From the NCBI RefSeq assembly GCF_052425735.1, contig NC_135771.1, positions 4,216,001 to 4,280,000 of the forward strand: a DNA stretch of 64,000 nucleotides, read 5' to 3'. Both the position numbers and the translations under genes were made by a program. Of the stretch, positions 40,060 to 52,700 are shown piece after piece. Position 1 is the stretch's first letter. Every line of letters starts with the position of its first letter. The DNA is from Oculina patagonica (Eukaryota). The notes below the pieces were generated by a model. That model was not told the DNA's origin. It saw only the letters and a list, made by a program, of their open reading frames with translations, and searched no databases.

Positions 40060-42529
40060 GGATTTTTTTTTTTTTATTTTTTTTTAATAATTTTTTTTTT
40101 TTTTTTCAATTTTTTTTTTCACCCTTTTTTCCTTTTTCCCTTATTCTCTGTTTTATTTTTTCTTTGTTTTGTGGCAAAATAAACGGTTGGTTGTTGTTGT
40201 TTTTGGGTTAGCAACGTTAGTTCTTGTTTTTGTGTTATTTTACATTTCGTTGAATCGTTACTTTGCTCGAGTAAAAGTAAACTGTATTTTTTTATTGTTT
40301 AATAGCTTCACGTGGAGGTTTACAAGAATCCCAATCTTGGTTTCAGTGTAGGTGGTGGAGTTGGTTCCTCGTCGAATCCTTTTCATCCGAACGACAACAA
40401 GGTTTGTAAAAAAAAGTGCCATTCTTTTCGACGTTTGGTAGATTATTCAGGGAGCTGCCACAGGTTAAGAAATGGTCAGGGAAAAATAAAATCCTTCAAG
40501 CTCAGGGAAAAGTCAGGGAATTTTATTTTGAGTCAGGGAAAATTAATATTTTAAAGAAAAGTCAGGGAAAATTGGAATATACTAAGTCGAGACACCATTT
40601 TGAATATTTATTTTTTCGCGATACTTTATTAAAATTTTTTCTCCCCCTCTCTTTTAAATTAATTTTTTTTTAACCCATTTTTTTTTTTTTTTTTTTTTTT
40701 TCCCGAAAAAAAAAAAAAAAATAACTCCCTCCTTAAAAAGACCCCGCTGATTTCATACAATTGTTGGCTCGAAAAAACAATATTTCCGGTCTAAGCGATG
40801 TAGTTGTTTTTTTTTTTTAAGTGGAGGCTGGAGACCGCTACTATATTTGACATTTTGTATTTATTTGGTAAGGGAAATTTTATTTTCATGAGGGAAAAGT
40901 CAGGGAATTTTGAAAACTGATGTCCGTGGCAACCAACTTATTTTCCATGGGAAACTAATTTCATACTTTTAAGTTAACGCACGGCAGTTTTCAATGCAAA
41001 ATTATAGCGGCGAGTTTGGTGCGGAATTTGGGTGCCATTTTCCAAGAGCACTTGTACGTTTGGTCGAAACCCCTTTCTTTTCCTCAAGTTTTTTTATCTT
41101 CAAAAATGAAAGTAAGAATAGAAAGGATGGGATTGTCTTTCTCGGGACAAACAACCTGCGTTGATATTGAAACAAAACGCTTTTATATAGGGCGATTTTC
41201 AATCGAGAGTCGCAAAACCAAAACCGAAGGAATCACTCTGACCAATCACAAAAAACACAGACAATCTAAAGAACCAATCAAAACTCGGAGCAAATACATG
41301 TAGCCAGCGCAAAGCCCGGGAAAACTCGCGCGAACAGGCAACAATTGGTTTTGGTTTTACTTCTGATTGGCTGAGGGGAGCGCGAGAGTTTTAAACCAAT
41401 CACCAAGCTTAGTAATGCAAAACCAAAGCAAATGCGGATTACTTTCGATACTCAAGCGAAAACCACTCTATAACCAAATGGTTGAGGAGGAAAAGCTGTA
41501 TGTTTTTAATCTTACAGAGTATATATGTGACCAAAGTTCAGCCGGATGGGCCAGCATCTTTTGGACTTATTCCTGGAGACAGGATTCTTGAGGTGAGAGA
41601 GAGAGTCGATCGTCTGTCTGTTATAAATGCCTTTTACCCTTTTCTTATCCTCTACCTTCCAGATCTCCAAACGTCTTCAATTAAATTATAAATCGTCATA
41701 GAATTTCCACTGTTTCATCAAACATTTAGAGATTATCGAATAGAATGATTTTTCATTCCTCACTTACGCTGAGGGAATTTTGATTCAGGAAGTCAGCTTT
41801 GAATGGCTTATCTTAAAACTGAAGATTTAACTCAGATAAAAGGGCGTGTGTCACGGCTAAGTTAAGCCTGTTTTATTGAGTTTTGCCAAATACTTATATT
41901 CGTTATGAAGGCAAGTACTTCTATGGACCTTGATGACAAAACCATAGCTTCATTGCAACCAAATGTGTCAAACCAACGAGATTAACTTTGAAAGCTGTTC
42001 AGCCTCACATTTTTTTAAAAACCCATATCAGTCATATCGTAATCCGTTTATCTTCTTCAATTTTTGTCCATCAGTACCTTCTTTTGTATTTGCTTTGTTA
42101 CTGAAATGTTTTCACTGTTTTTTAGTGGTGTATTTTTATATTTTACTCAATTTGGTGCCCTTTTTCTTTTGTCTAAATTTGGCTAAAATCCGTGCCACAG
42201 ATCCCTTTAATTCAAGTTAGTCGTTCGTAATTCATTTCAGTCTCTCTCTCAATCTTTCATCCATCCTTGTTCCATTATGGTTTATTATTGCCTCTTTTGA
42301 GTTTTTTTTTCCTTTAGTAAACTATTCTTTGAGTCTCTTTCGACTTTAAGTTATTTTGCACCTGCGTATCTGTAAAAATCTTCAAAGCAGTTATTTTACC
42401 GTATATATTTTTTTGTAGGTCAATGGAATCAACCTAAGACGCGTGACTCACGAAAAAGCTGTACTGTTTCTAAAACACAACCAAGTCGTCAATCTACTTA
42501 TTGCAAGAAACAAAGAGCAACCATCTTGA
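22033..42529 (+). CDS. ERBIN: LAP-family LRR + single PDZ protein (Erbin/densin-180/Lap1-like), 22 exons, ~1028 aa
   Basis: Exons 22033-22212, 22332-22449, 22562-22640, 24271-24360, 25321-25377, 25895-25958, 27288-27362, 27603-27747, 30035-30107, 30391-30436, 30643-30726, 31333-31448, 31772-31841, 32123-32222, 32779-32900, 33600-33785, 35399-35551, 36585-36797, 38036-38869, 40306-40401, 41518-41592, 42419-42529; GT-AG and phase-consistent (3087 nt). LRRs, LAP-specific [30 protein letters not shown], and erbin-type PDZ ([33 protein letters not shown]). Probably co-orthologous to ERBIN/LRRC7. Middle exons are less certain. Confidence 0.9.
26038..26210. mobile_element. Tc1/mariner-type MITE
   Basis: Perfect TIR CAGCAAGGCGCCCAAAAGTGTGACCAC, flanked by TA on both sides. 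Confidence 0.85.
26345..27255 (+). mobile_element. 5'-truncated Penelope-like element with inverted pLTR, in LAP intron 6
   Basis: ORF with [55 protein letters not shown]. pLTR 27166-27256 is inverted at 26385-26475. 13-bp direct repeat TATATTTATTTAT at 26332-26344 and 27256-27268. Confidence 0.92.
27161..27204 (+). ncRNA. Hammerhead ribozyme motif in Penelope pLTR (degenerate cleavage triplet and stem I)
   Basis: ATCGC-CTGATGA-A-GACT..AGTC-GAAAC-GTT-GCAAT; inverted and further mutated copy at ~26436-26475. Confidence 0.7.
32257..32470 (+). repeat. (TCTG)n/(TG)n compound microsatellite
   Basis: Directly visible. Confidence 0.95.
32912..33148. mobile_element. MITE
   Basis: TIRs ATAGACCATTTTACAGTTGT / ACAACTGTAAAATGGACTAT. 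Confidence 0.7.
33371..33545 (+). mobile_element. Partial tRNA-derived SINE (Nin/Deu-domain-like family)
   Basis: AGTGCCTCTCTCCACCCAGGTGTA core and GATAAGCTCC..GCAGACTTTA tail shared with copies at 47400, 49359 and 59142. Confidence 0.7.
35030..35213. mobile_element. MITE
   Basis: TIRs ATAGGCCATTTCCGAGTTACC / GGTAACTAGGAAATGGCCTAT. Confidence 0.75.
35900..36161. mobile_element. pogo/Tc1-type MITE; second copy at 59687-60013
   Basis: TIR C(C/T)GTATTTTCTC.ATTAAACGCC, TA flanks, colinear with 59687-60013. Confidence 0.8.
36187..36361. mobile_element. Tc1/mariner/pogo-type MITE
   Basis: TIR CAGTTGAATCCCGATAACT, TA flanks. Confidence 0.85.
41187..41470. mobile_element. MITE, same family as 410-682
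   Basis: Colinear similarity and inverted ends. Confidence 0.7.
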
Positions 42530-45500
42530 CAAAAGTGTCACAGAACTGCGTTACAAAACCTGTCGATTAAGATCTTCCAAACAAAAGATCCAATGAGCTT
42601 ATGACAAACAAGGCGAAGTATGGGGACCTCAAGCAGCCAAGGAAACGATGCTTTAATCCTGTCGAGGCTTTTAAAAAACGCCGGGGAGCCTTAGTTTTCC
42701 CTAAAAGCTCAAGGATGGTCACACTTGAAGAGCTTAGTAGTTGCTTTTCAATCGCTTTGCATTTCACATTGGGTCGTCACGCAACGCTTCTGCGTAACGC
42801 AAGGAAATTTATTAACGTGACATTTCGCCTTCATTGCACATGGATTATAACTCAGTGTTCCTAGGAAATGGAAGGCTAGAACGCGAAAAAAGTGTTGGCC
42901 TGGTGTTGACCAGCCTAGCTCGTAAAATTTCAATTTTAACAAATCCAACGCATTTCGCAATAAATATAAGTCATTGCTGGAAAAAATAAATGTTTCTTAG
43001 GCTTAAAATTTTAATAAGACATTGTTGTCCATCGGTAGTTTTGTGTTGAACGGTGACACTGGCTCGGGGGGGGTAAAAGGTTCTTCACTTGGTTCCAATT
43101 GTCGTTAGCTGGGGCTCAACATGCTACACTTTAAGAAATATGCCCCCTCCCCCCGGGGGGAGTTTCGTTCATGGAACTACAGCTCTGGGCCCCTAGGGAT
43201 GTAAATTTCGGATCTGTCGCTGAAGGTTCGGTACCAGAACTGCTAGCCCGAAGTGTGCTTCAGGCATTGGACGAGAAATACAGGAATATAAACCAAATAA
43301 TTGTTTTGGTTTTTGTTAATCCTTTTCCCTAGTTATTTTTCCCCAGTATGGGGCCCCCCCCTCAGGGGGGAGTGTGGGAAGCTTTTTACGCTTTCTTACG
43401 CTTAATAATGACAGTAATTTAATTCCCGAGAGTTTACTTCATTGGAACTTACCAATAAAATCAAGAAATGAACAACTTATGGTTCTCTTTTTGTCAGTTG
43501 ATTGTTTGTAGTGGTTTAGTTTTCGTGCTACACCAGTTTTTCCAACTGGCCAGTATTTCTACAAACCCATACGTCTGGGAGGAAGCCGCCTCAGTTACAG
43601 CTGTAAAGTGATATTTTTACTTTTAGCTACGTTTTAAGAAACTTAAAATTTTCCAAAGGGGGGTCAAAACCCAATCGCAATTATGTGTGGATGGGGTACC
43701 GGAAAAAATGACCGCCCTCGGAATAAAAATCACTTTTCAACATTCAACTCATTTTCTTTTCAGTTCCATAAAAAAGTGTTTCGTCGAGAGTTAATCGACT
43801 TTCTTCTACAGTCAACTCTCGCTCTCGCCTTGCGGACACCCCGCTTTTACGGACACTCGCTATTACGGACAAAATCAAGATCTTAGGCGAAAGTTATAGA
43901 GGTTTGACTGAAAATGACTCCAGCTAATAATAACGGTCTCTCCCTATTACGGAATTACAGACAGTTTCGAGGTACCAACATAATAGTTTTTTATTGTTTT
44001 GACTCGATAAAGGGACTGAACTTCTCATACAACATAATTACATGAAACTGCAGTCTGTCGTTTTTTATTTGTAAAAACACACTTTAAAAATTTAAAGGCT
44101 TCTGGATTATTTACTTTTTACTTTTGCATCAATTCCTTCAGTAAGCTGATAAATAAAGAAAGATAGAGAGTGAAGATGAAATATTGAGCATGTCCCGAGC
44201 TAAATATTTCAGTATAAACTGTACACTAAGACTTTGCTTTTTCACTTCAGCATAGCCTTTTTCCGCCAGAATCCTCCAGCCCTCACCCTCCATTCCCAAC
44301 GAAAGCTTGGCACTTTCACCACTGTTCGCCTGACAAGTGTTTCCCCGCTAAAACGGACACAAAACGACGGCCGAGCGTGTCCGCGATAACGACAGTGACA
44401 CGGCGAGCTGAAATATGACATTTTTCTGGCAATCGCAGATAAAGCTCAAATATCCAATCAGATCAAGTCTTTTTTTAAATGTCACAAACAACCAATGAAA
44501 ATCGATTTTATATTGCGTAAACTTTGGCGGAAGTATTTGGCGAGGCGCTTTTTGCGCAAAGGTTCTCAGAAGGTTATGTGATGGAATGTAGAAGCAAAAC
44601 AGATCTTTAAAGAACTCTGCAATTGAGCTAACTAACCCCATGTGAAAGAAAAAGGTATGGTGATTGATTTACGGTAGTGGTTTTGCAGTAAAATGCTGAA
44701 AATTAGTCGAGACGTACATGCAGAAATTCATGAATTCGTAAGTCTTCGGGAGCATGTTTCAGCCAGTATTCTGAAAACGAATTACTTCCCTTATTTTAAG
44801 GCGCTTAAACTTTCACTATAGCTTGATATCCTCAATGAGAACGTAATGGATATTAGCAAACCTTTATATCTGTGATTTAATTTCGAGAATTTCAATATTG
44901 TTATTTTGATTTGACCATTTGATCATTTGATATGCGACCTTCAACCTAAATCATTTGCATTGATCCGACTACATAAGCAGGACGAATAAAGCCAGCTAGC
45001 CGGTCATAAAAGCGAAAGTGACAACCTTATATTTTCTTCTTCGTATTTGCGAGTTCATATCTTGGAGGTAAATACGAATTTTGTCGCCCCATCGAGCAGT
45101 CAGACCTCAAAATTGTCGACTGCTCACGTCTTGTTTACATGCAGGCATAATGTTGGGTTTCGTGATTACACATATATTAATTTTAATGAGTTTTCTCCCG
45201 GAAGCAAAAGAAAAATACTGCTTCTAAATACTGTATGGCCTTTCATTTCTCATCAAAGTAACTCTTCCTATAGTATATTCTTTTTTCTTGACGAATTTAT
45301 GCAAAATTAATTTGCAAACCGATAATTTTGTTTCAGCTTTTACAAGGTCATGCATTTCAGTTCAATTATGTTAACTATTTCTGTGAAACATTGTTTTGGT
45401 CTCCATGTATCATACAGGATTTAAAAGAACACATGAAGGGTTTAAAATCATTTGTGGACTGTGTTTGATTTGTAAGCTTTCTGATTATTGTTCGATCTTT

Positions 45501-46574
45501 CATTGTCATTTTATTGGTGTACCTTTGAAATGAATTTATGGTCTATTGCTTTTGTGAAACGACTGAAATTTTCCTTGTAGTTAACCTGCATGAAAAATCA
45601 ATTTAGCTATTGAACAAGCGGAATGTATACAGCATTGTCAGTTATCGCACAGCAGAACTCTGAAGACTTGCTCCAAGTCACTTGCTTCGTGCCAAGAGAG
45701 TTACTTAATTAAGCTCGCTTTGAAATCGTGCTGGAGCAGCCACGCAGAATTCATTTGTCTGTGTGTAATGCACAAAGCAACACTGAATGACACGAAAAAT
45801 TTTGAGGAATGGCTTAGAAGAAGCGACTTGTGCCACTTGCAGGAAATTGATTCTAGCTGGCATTTTTTTCTTTGCCCCGAAAAATTGCATCATTTTGTGT
45901 GCATTGAGTTGGTTTCTTTTATCGTGTTGACATCAGTTTTGTTGCTATGGCTTGTGTTGAAATTGCGATTTTCTTCTCTTTTTTGTTGAAATCATACTCA
46001 TGGCCCTTGATGGCTCTCTCATTATTATTTTCTGTAAGATTTGAAAAGGACAGGCACAAAAGAAGACATTTGTAATGTTTATTACAAAACGGGTATAATG
46101 ATGTGGGAAGGAAACAAGCTAAGTCTCCTCAAGAGTTATATCTCGCGAGCAGAGCACGCTAAGTTAGCGAGCAGAGTGCCCTCAGTAAATTCGCGCGCAA
46201 TAATATGATTGACATAATCTCCATGGCATCCGGTAAAAAAATGCACCAGTGATGCCACATTTCAGAATTGGTGCTCTGCAGGTGAGACAAGTCGCTTGTT
46301 CCGCCAGGATCGTCTGTCATTTTGTTTTTCAAGCCTGGGTGCACCCTCTGTTGAACCGTATCCAGCGGTCTCCTTCGAATCAAATGAGGGACTTGGAGCA
46401 AGTCTAAACCCTGCCTTGTAGTCATCTTTTCAATATGGCCACCTTAGAATCGGTAACTTATGACATTATGTGCAGTAGAGATGCACAAGAGAGTGATTCC
46501 GAAAATAACTAATTGATTTTCATTTGCAGTTGCAGATACTTATTTGACTACTTTTCGAGTTATAAAAAGGCACA

Positions 46575-49500
46575 ATGTCGATTACACAGAATGCATTACT
46601 TGAGAAGAAGCATTCATTGCACAGAGCTCCGCCTCCCAAAGCCCCTGTTAACAAGCCCGCTTCCCCAATAAAAAATGCCGTCCAAAACAGGGGTAATGAT
46701 GCTGCTCCCATCACTCAGTTAATTCCTGTTGTAAAACTGAGAAAGACTGGCTTCCGGGACAGCCTGATCGCAGAAGACATTGACAATAAGAACACTGCGA
46801 GTACTGATGATGGGCCAACAAATGAACTTCAAAGTACTTTGGCCAGAATGAGAGCTAAGTTTGAACACACAGAAGAGTCGGAGGAGTTGAAACCTAAACC
46901 AAAGCCAAAGCCTAAACCAAGGCCATCCACAGAAAATGTTAAACAACAAGAGGACAAAGAAAATGAGACCAAAACACGTTCAGGCTCTTGCAGTGATGAT
47001 GCAGAGGAAAACAAAATTATTTTAACTGATTCAAATAAGAATCTTGTTCGTAAGGATTCAATGGGACAACCAAAGCTCCGCAATTTGCCAACACTTGAAA
47101 GTATTGGAAAACAACCATCAAAGTGTCCTAAACCAGATCATTTACTGAGGTTATTAGAAAAATATGACAGCAACAGTATTGTAATGGCACCACGACGAAA
47201 CACGTTGACTAGGCCGATTAATGATAACAGCATAGGTAAGTTCTTAGTTCTTTCCCCCTACTTATCTAATCCATAACCGGTGATTCTTCTTACCGTTTAT
47301 TGGAATAAATTTTCATGTAAAAAGATGATGGGGAAACAAATTGCCTTGATGTGCCATATATAGTCCTCAGAACTAATTTTGAAAAAAACTTTAATGGCTA
47401 GGGAGAGTTTTGGTGGCCAAATGGTTAGCAGGCTGGACTTTGGATCGAGTGGTTCAGGTTTGAACCCTGGCCAGGGTCACTGTGTTGTGTTCTTCAGGGC
47501 AAGACTCTCACAATGCCTCTCTCAACCCAGGTGTATAAATTGGTACCGGTAAATTTCATGCAGGGCGCAACCCTGGGATGGACAGGCATCCCTTCCAGTG
47601 GCGAACTCAACCAGTCTAGGGGCTAGTAGGAGCATATTTTTACTAGCCCAGCATAAAGTTTTAATAGTCTTGGGTTAGTGGATTAGCGTTAGTAGTGAGC
47701 ACTCAGTTATATTCCACTTTAGAGGAACTCAGTCGTGTTCATTGGAAATCGCGAACGATTGGTTCTCCCACTGTTTTCTATTCGCCATAGAAAACAGTCG
47801 CCGCATAGCTCTCAGCGGTAATTTTCTATTTTGTCTTCAAAGTGCACAATTTGTAGTTTTGGACGCAATCCTTAGAGTTTCACTAAAACATAGACACCGC
47901 CCCGTCATGAGCGATAGTCAACCGGCGCGCCCGACTATTTGCTCATAGAAAACTCGGGTCGTAGTCTAATTGTTAAATAGAAAAATTCCCACTCCCTTGC
48001 TCTAGGCATCTTACCTTTCTCGTGAGGGGCAACTGTGTTGTGGAAACCAGAAGAAAACAAAAATATCATTGGCCTGAATTTTAACACTGCAATAGCAAAG
48101 TGAGGGATGAAAATTTAAAAATAATTTGTTTTGTTTCCAGATCACAGTATTACTGAAGAAGATGATGAGGGAGAAGAGTATGATGATGTAGATGAGGATC
48201 TTAAAGCTCAGATTCTGAGTAGAAGTGAAGCTGAACAGGAAAATCAGACTGCAACAGAAGAAGGTGGTGATAATAGTCCATTTTGTTGTGTTGGTGTACT
48301 TGTTTTTTTTTTTTATTTAATCCTTTTTACTCAGCCTGCTAAGCCCTTAGTCAACAATTCAGTCCCATTTTTTTTTGTTGCAATGGTCTTGATGAGCATG
48401 GACTCGATTTCAAATAATTATTCAATATCGTATGGAGCCGGTCCAGCGCCGTCATGCAATATCTGTTTACAGATCCTCTGGTTATATTATATTGAGGCCT
48501 TTGAAGGGGGAAGCCATGTCGCAATGTTGCATGTTTTTGATAACCAATGTTGCCTAGCCAATAGCTGTAAATGTCGCTGTCGTTTTTCCTGCTATTGTGT
48601 TGCTGTCGAATTGTGTCGCTGTCGCATTTTGGTGCCGTTATGATGCCGCTTGTCGCTGTTAAAATGTTTCTGTGTCGCCAGTATTTAGGGTCATGCCGCT
48701 TGTCGCTTTTACCCCTTGGAAGGCCTCTATATTCCGACAAGCAAACTGGAGGTCACCTGGGGTGAAATAAACATTGCCAAACTTGCAAAAGTACACAAAA
48801 CGCTCTATGCATTTAAGAGTAAAAGCTGTTTGCAGCTTCTTTGTTTAAGGTGAACTGTAAAATCTGAACTAAAAATGCAACTCATGTAAAGATGTTATGC
48901 ATCATTGACTATGGATGGACAAATGTAGTTGAACTGTCTTTTTTTGGCATAGTTTCTTAACTCCTGCTTTTTAAATAGCAGTTTTAGCAATTTTGACCAA
49001 ATAATATTTGCAAAGTGTCCTTGCTATTAGCTGTACTCCTTGCAAAGTTCTTTTTTCGTTTTGTTCTATTTTCATGCGTCTTGTGAGGTCTTAAATTTAA
49101 GTAGTTTTGACATGAACCTTTTTCAAACCACAGGAATTATGGAGGAAAACTATGATGATGTTGATGAAATGAAAGAAAAAGTTGAGGAGATAAATAATGC
49201 AGCTCAAAATCCTGAACCCATTTGTGACGAGAGCTATGACGATTTGGACGCCGTGGCAGAGCAAGTTCTTGACCAGTTACAGAATGGTATGTTTTTTTAA
49301 AAAGAAATTTTTTTTCTCTTATTTAGTCTTTTATTCCTCATCCATGCCCTTCCTTGTTGGAGATGCGGACTGGCATAATAGTTGTGTGCTGGACTCCGGA
49401 TCGAGTAGTCCAAGTTCGAGCCCTGGCCAGGATCATTGTGTTGTGTTCTTGGGCAAGACACTTTACTATCAGTGCCACTCTCCACCCAGGTGTATAAATG

Positions 49501-52500
49501 GGTACCAGCGAATTTCATGCTTGGGGATAGCCCTGTGATGGACTAGCATCCCATCCAGGGGGTAGTAGAAATACTCCTAGGATAAGCTCCAGCTGTATAG
49601 GCCATACACTTGGCTTGATGCAGACTTTACCTGCATAAATTGACCTAGGGAATGTACTTCTGGCTCCATCCTGGTGTATATAAATTATATGTTGTGGTTC
49701 AATTTTACCATTTGGTATTTTTCTTTGCTTTATATTCATTATCATACATTACCGTACACTAGCAGCCATCAGAACAAAGCTTAAGAAAAATGTGAGAATG
49801 AAGTTCCAGATTATATTGATTCCATACCCTGTGACCCCATGGTGAGGGTATGGAATATTTTCAACACAATACTAAATTGTACCAATGGTAAAATTGAACC
49901 ACGGCATACACATGGGTACTAGTGAACCTGTTCGGGCAGCCAGCCAGCAAAAATAGTTGCTAATGTAGCCTGCGATTGACGGCTAAGCAGCATCTTAGTA
50001 TTGTGACGTGGTGGGAGTGATATGTCTTACTGTTTCATTTCATCAGATTCACGCCTTTAATCCTTAGGATCAAAACAGATCTAGACTTACTGTAACTCAG
50101 CTCTAACATATCCCTAGTACCTTAGATAGCCACTTAGAAAAATCTTAGTCTCAGATCATTGTTATCCTTTTTTAATCAATTTCCTTTGTTGTGCAGATTT
50201 TGCTGCTGGGGATGAGAGGTTTGGAGAAGAATTGTATGATGCAGTGGGTGCTAAGCTTGAAGAGGAGGAAGGGAATGGAGAGACTGCTTCTGATTCTCCT
50301 GTTGAAAACAAATTTTCACCAGCAGCAATTCCAAGGTACATTGACAATGTATAAATTTACCAGTTTCATCTAGGGAAAGCTAATCCAAGGGCCAAAAAGC
50401 ATTGTTTAACTGAGTGTCATAACACCAAAAACCACTCTGGCTGATTGGCCATTATCGCAAAGGATGCAAACAATGTGTTGCTCCAGAAAAATATCCATAC
50501 CCATCCCACAAAAGGTTTTTTGGTTTGAATCCTCCACCCCTTTGAAATTCTAATAAGCCCCAAACTTTCCTTTACATTATGTGACCTTTGAGACCCCCAA
50601 CCCACTCGGAATTTTCATTGACCTTTAATTTCATGCGGTGGGTATGGATATTTTCCGGAACTACACAATTCAGTGATCAAACCAGTGAAAACTCGAGGCA
50701 AATACATGTCACCATTTTCTGTAGTAAATAAGTAAAAGAATGTCATTCATGGGTTTGATCTTGATATTTTGATGGTTTGAAAATCTTCACTGCGTGCATT
50801 TTTTTTTTGTATTAGGTTTCATGATATCTTTTTGTAGGATGACACATTCATTGAGTGTATCATAATCAATGTTATGTTCCTTAACATCTTTGTAGTCCCA
50901 GAGAAAAAGGAAAGAAAAATTCCAAAAAGGAAGTAGAAAACCAGAAAAAGAAGGAAAGGGAAGAACAGAAGAGGAGAAAGGAAGAAGAAAAACGAAGGGA
51001 ACGAGAGGAAAAAGAAGAGAAAAAAAGGAAAGAAGAGGAAAAAAAGAAAAGAGAACAGAAAGACAAGGAGCTACGAAAGAAACACAAGGTACATCAAATT
51101 AAGATCTGATTTGCATTTGATAATATGTTGACCTAGATACCTTTTAAGCAAACTCATTGCCTGGAGGGTGTAATTAGACGGGCCTAGGCAGCTAGTGGCT
51201 GTTGCCCTTCTCTTGCTTTCGGTATTTTTTTTTAGGGGGGGTGTTGTTGTTTTTTTTTTTCTTTTTTCTTCCCCACTTTTAATTTCAGGTTGGGGGGGGG
51301 GGGAGGGGGGGATTATAATTACTTGTTTCTACGTCAGTGTTTCTGTTTGGCTTACTACAGCTCATCTCTCATCAGCCACTTGGAATTGCTTAGTTGATAT
51401 TGGGCCTTGAGTAATACGCATTTTGTATAAAGTGTATAAACTCAACAAGAAATCCTTGCTTTCCACTTGTAAAGCAAAACAGAACAGGACAGTTAGAAAG
51501 CACTCGTACAAGATATGTAAGCAAAAGAGACAAGTTATATTTCATGTGTTTTAGTGTAAGAAAGAAAACAGACATGAAAGCAGTGTAAACAATCAGGCAG
51601 CCATTTGACCTTACTGGCGACGAAGTATCATATATCGGTTGTCACTCTTCAATATAACGCAAAAAGGAAATAACGCTACAAGGCCCGTCTATAAAGCCAC
51701 AGGGCTTCTTGTTTTATTTACGCACTGCTAGGTTTATACTGATTGTGGGATTTTCCATTTCAGTTAAAACCTGGAGCTGAAGGCAGTGGAGTTGGAGAAG
51801 CCAAGAGCAATTTTTCTGGTGATGGAAAGTTTGAACTGCCAGTGAAAGAAGGAGACACGATTGTTATCATTAGTGAAAAGGGATGTCCCCAGGGAAAATG
51901 GCTGGTTAAGAACTCTGAAGGACACTGTATGTACAATTACAGTAAAAACTTGCATATCAGAACCTAAAAATTAAGAACCTGTTAGGCTAAAATTTTCATT
52001 TTAAACCCCCTTTTCATAAGAACCTATTTAGCCTAAAATTTTCAATAGGTTCTTATTTTACAAAAATGAAGGCACAGATAAAAATACAGAAAAATATGTA
52101 GTCTGTGCTGATCACTAGTGGCCCTAATTAAGAACCTAATTACCCTAAAATCTCACTAAATACCATTTCAATTACCGGTAGAACCTATTTAGGCTAAGTT
52201 GAAAAAATCTAGGTTCTTATATGCGTATGGTTTTTACCGGTACCATATGCATAGTTTTTACCAACTAGACCACCAGTGCAGTAAGGGATAAGCAGACACT
52301 TGGCTTAACCCATGATAAAGAAAAGAACAACAAAGTATTTTTAAAAGTCTTTATGGCAAATGTTAAAATATTTGTTTGTTTGCTTTCTTTCAGTGGGTTA
52401 CATACCTACAGAGCTCATTCAACTCAAAGTAAGTGCTTATTTAAATTTAATAAGTTAATATATTTATGTTGGGTTTTTTTTTTTTTTTTTTGTGTGTTTT

Positions 52501-52649
52501 TTCCCCCCCCCCCCCCCCCGGGGGGGGGTTAAAACTATTTTTAAACTGGCATTGCTTTGTTAAGAAAAAGTTGTAAAAAATTTGCTTTCAAACCTGCAGG
52601 GAACCTCAATTCAGCTCCAAATGTTGCATAATTTACCCCCCCCCCCCCT

Positions 52650-52700
<51 letters not shown>

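Noticed and set aside
46435-46452. Upstream mini-exon MATLES for the FYB-like gene
   Set aside because: The phase-0 donor gives no in-frame junction with the visible acceptors before 46575.
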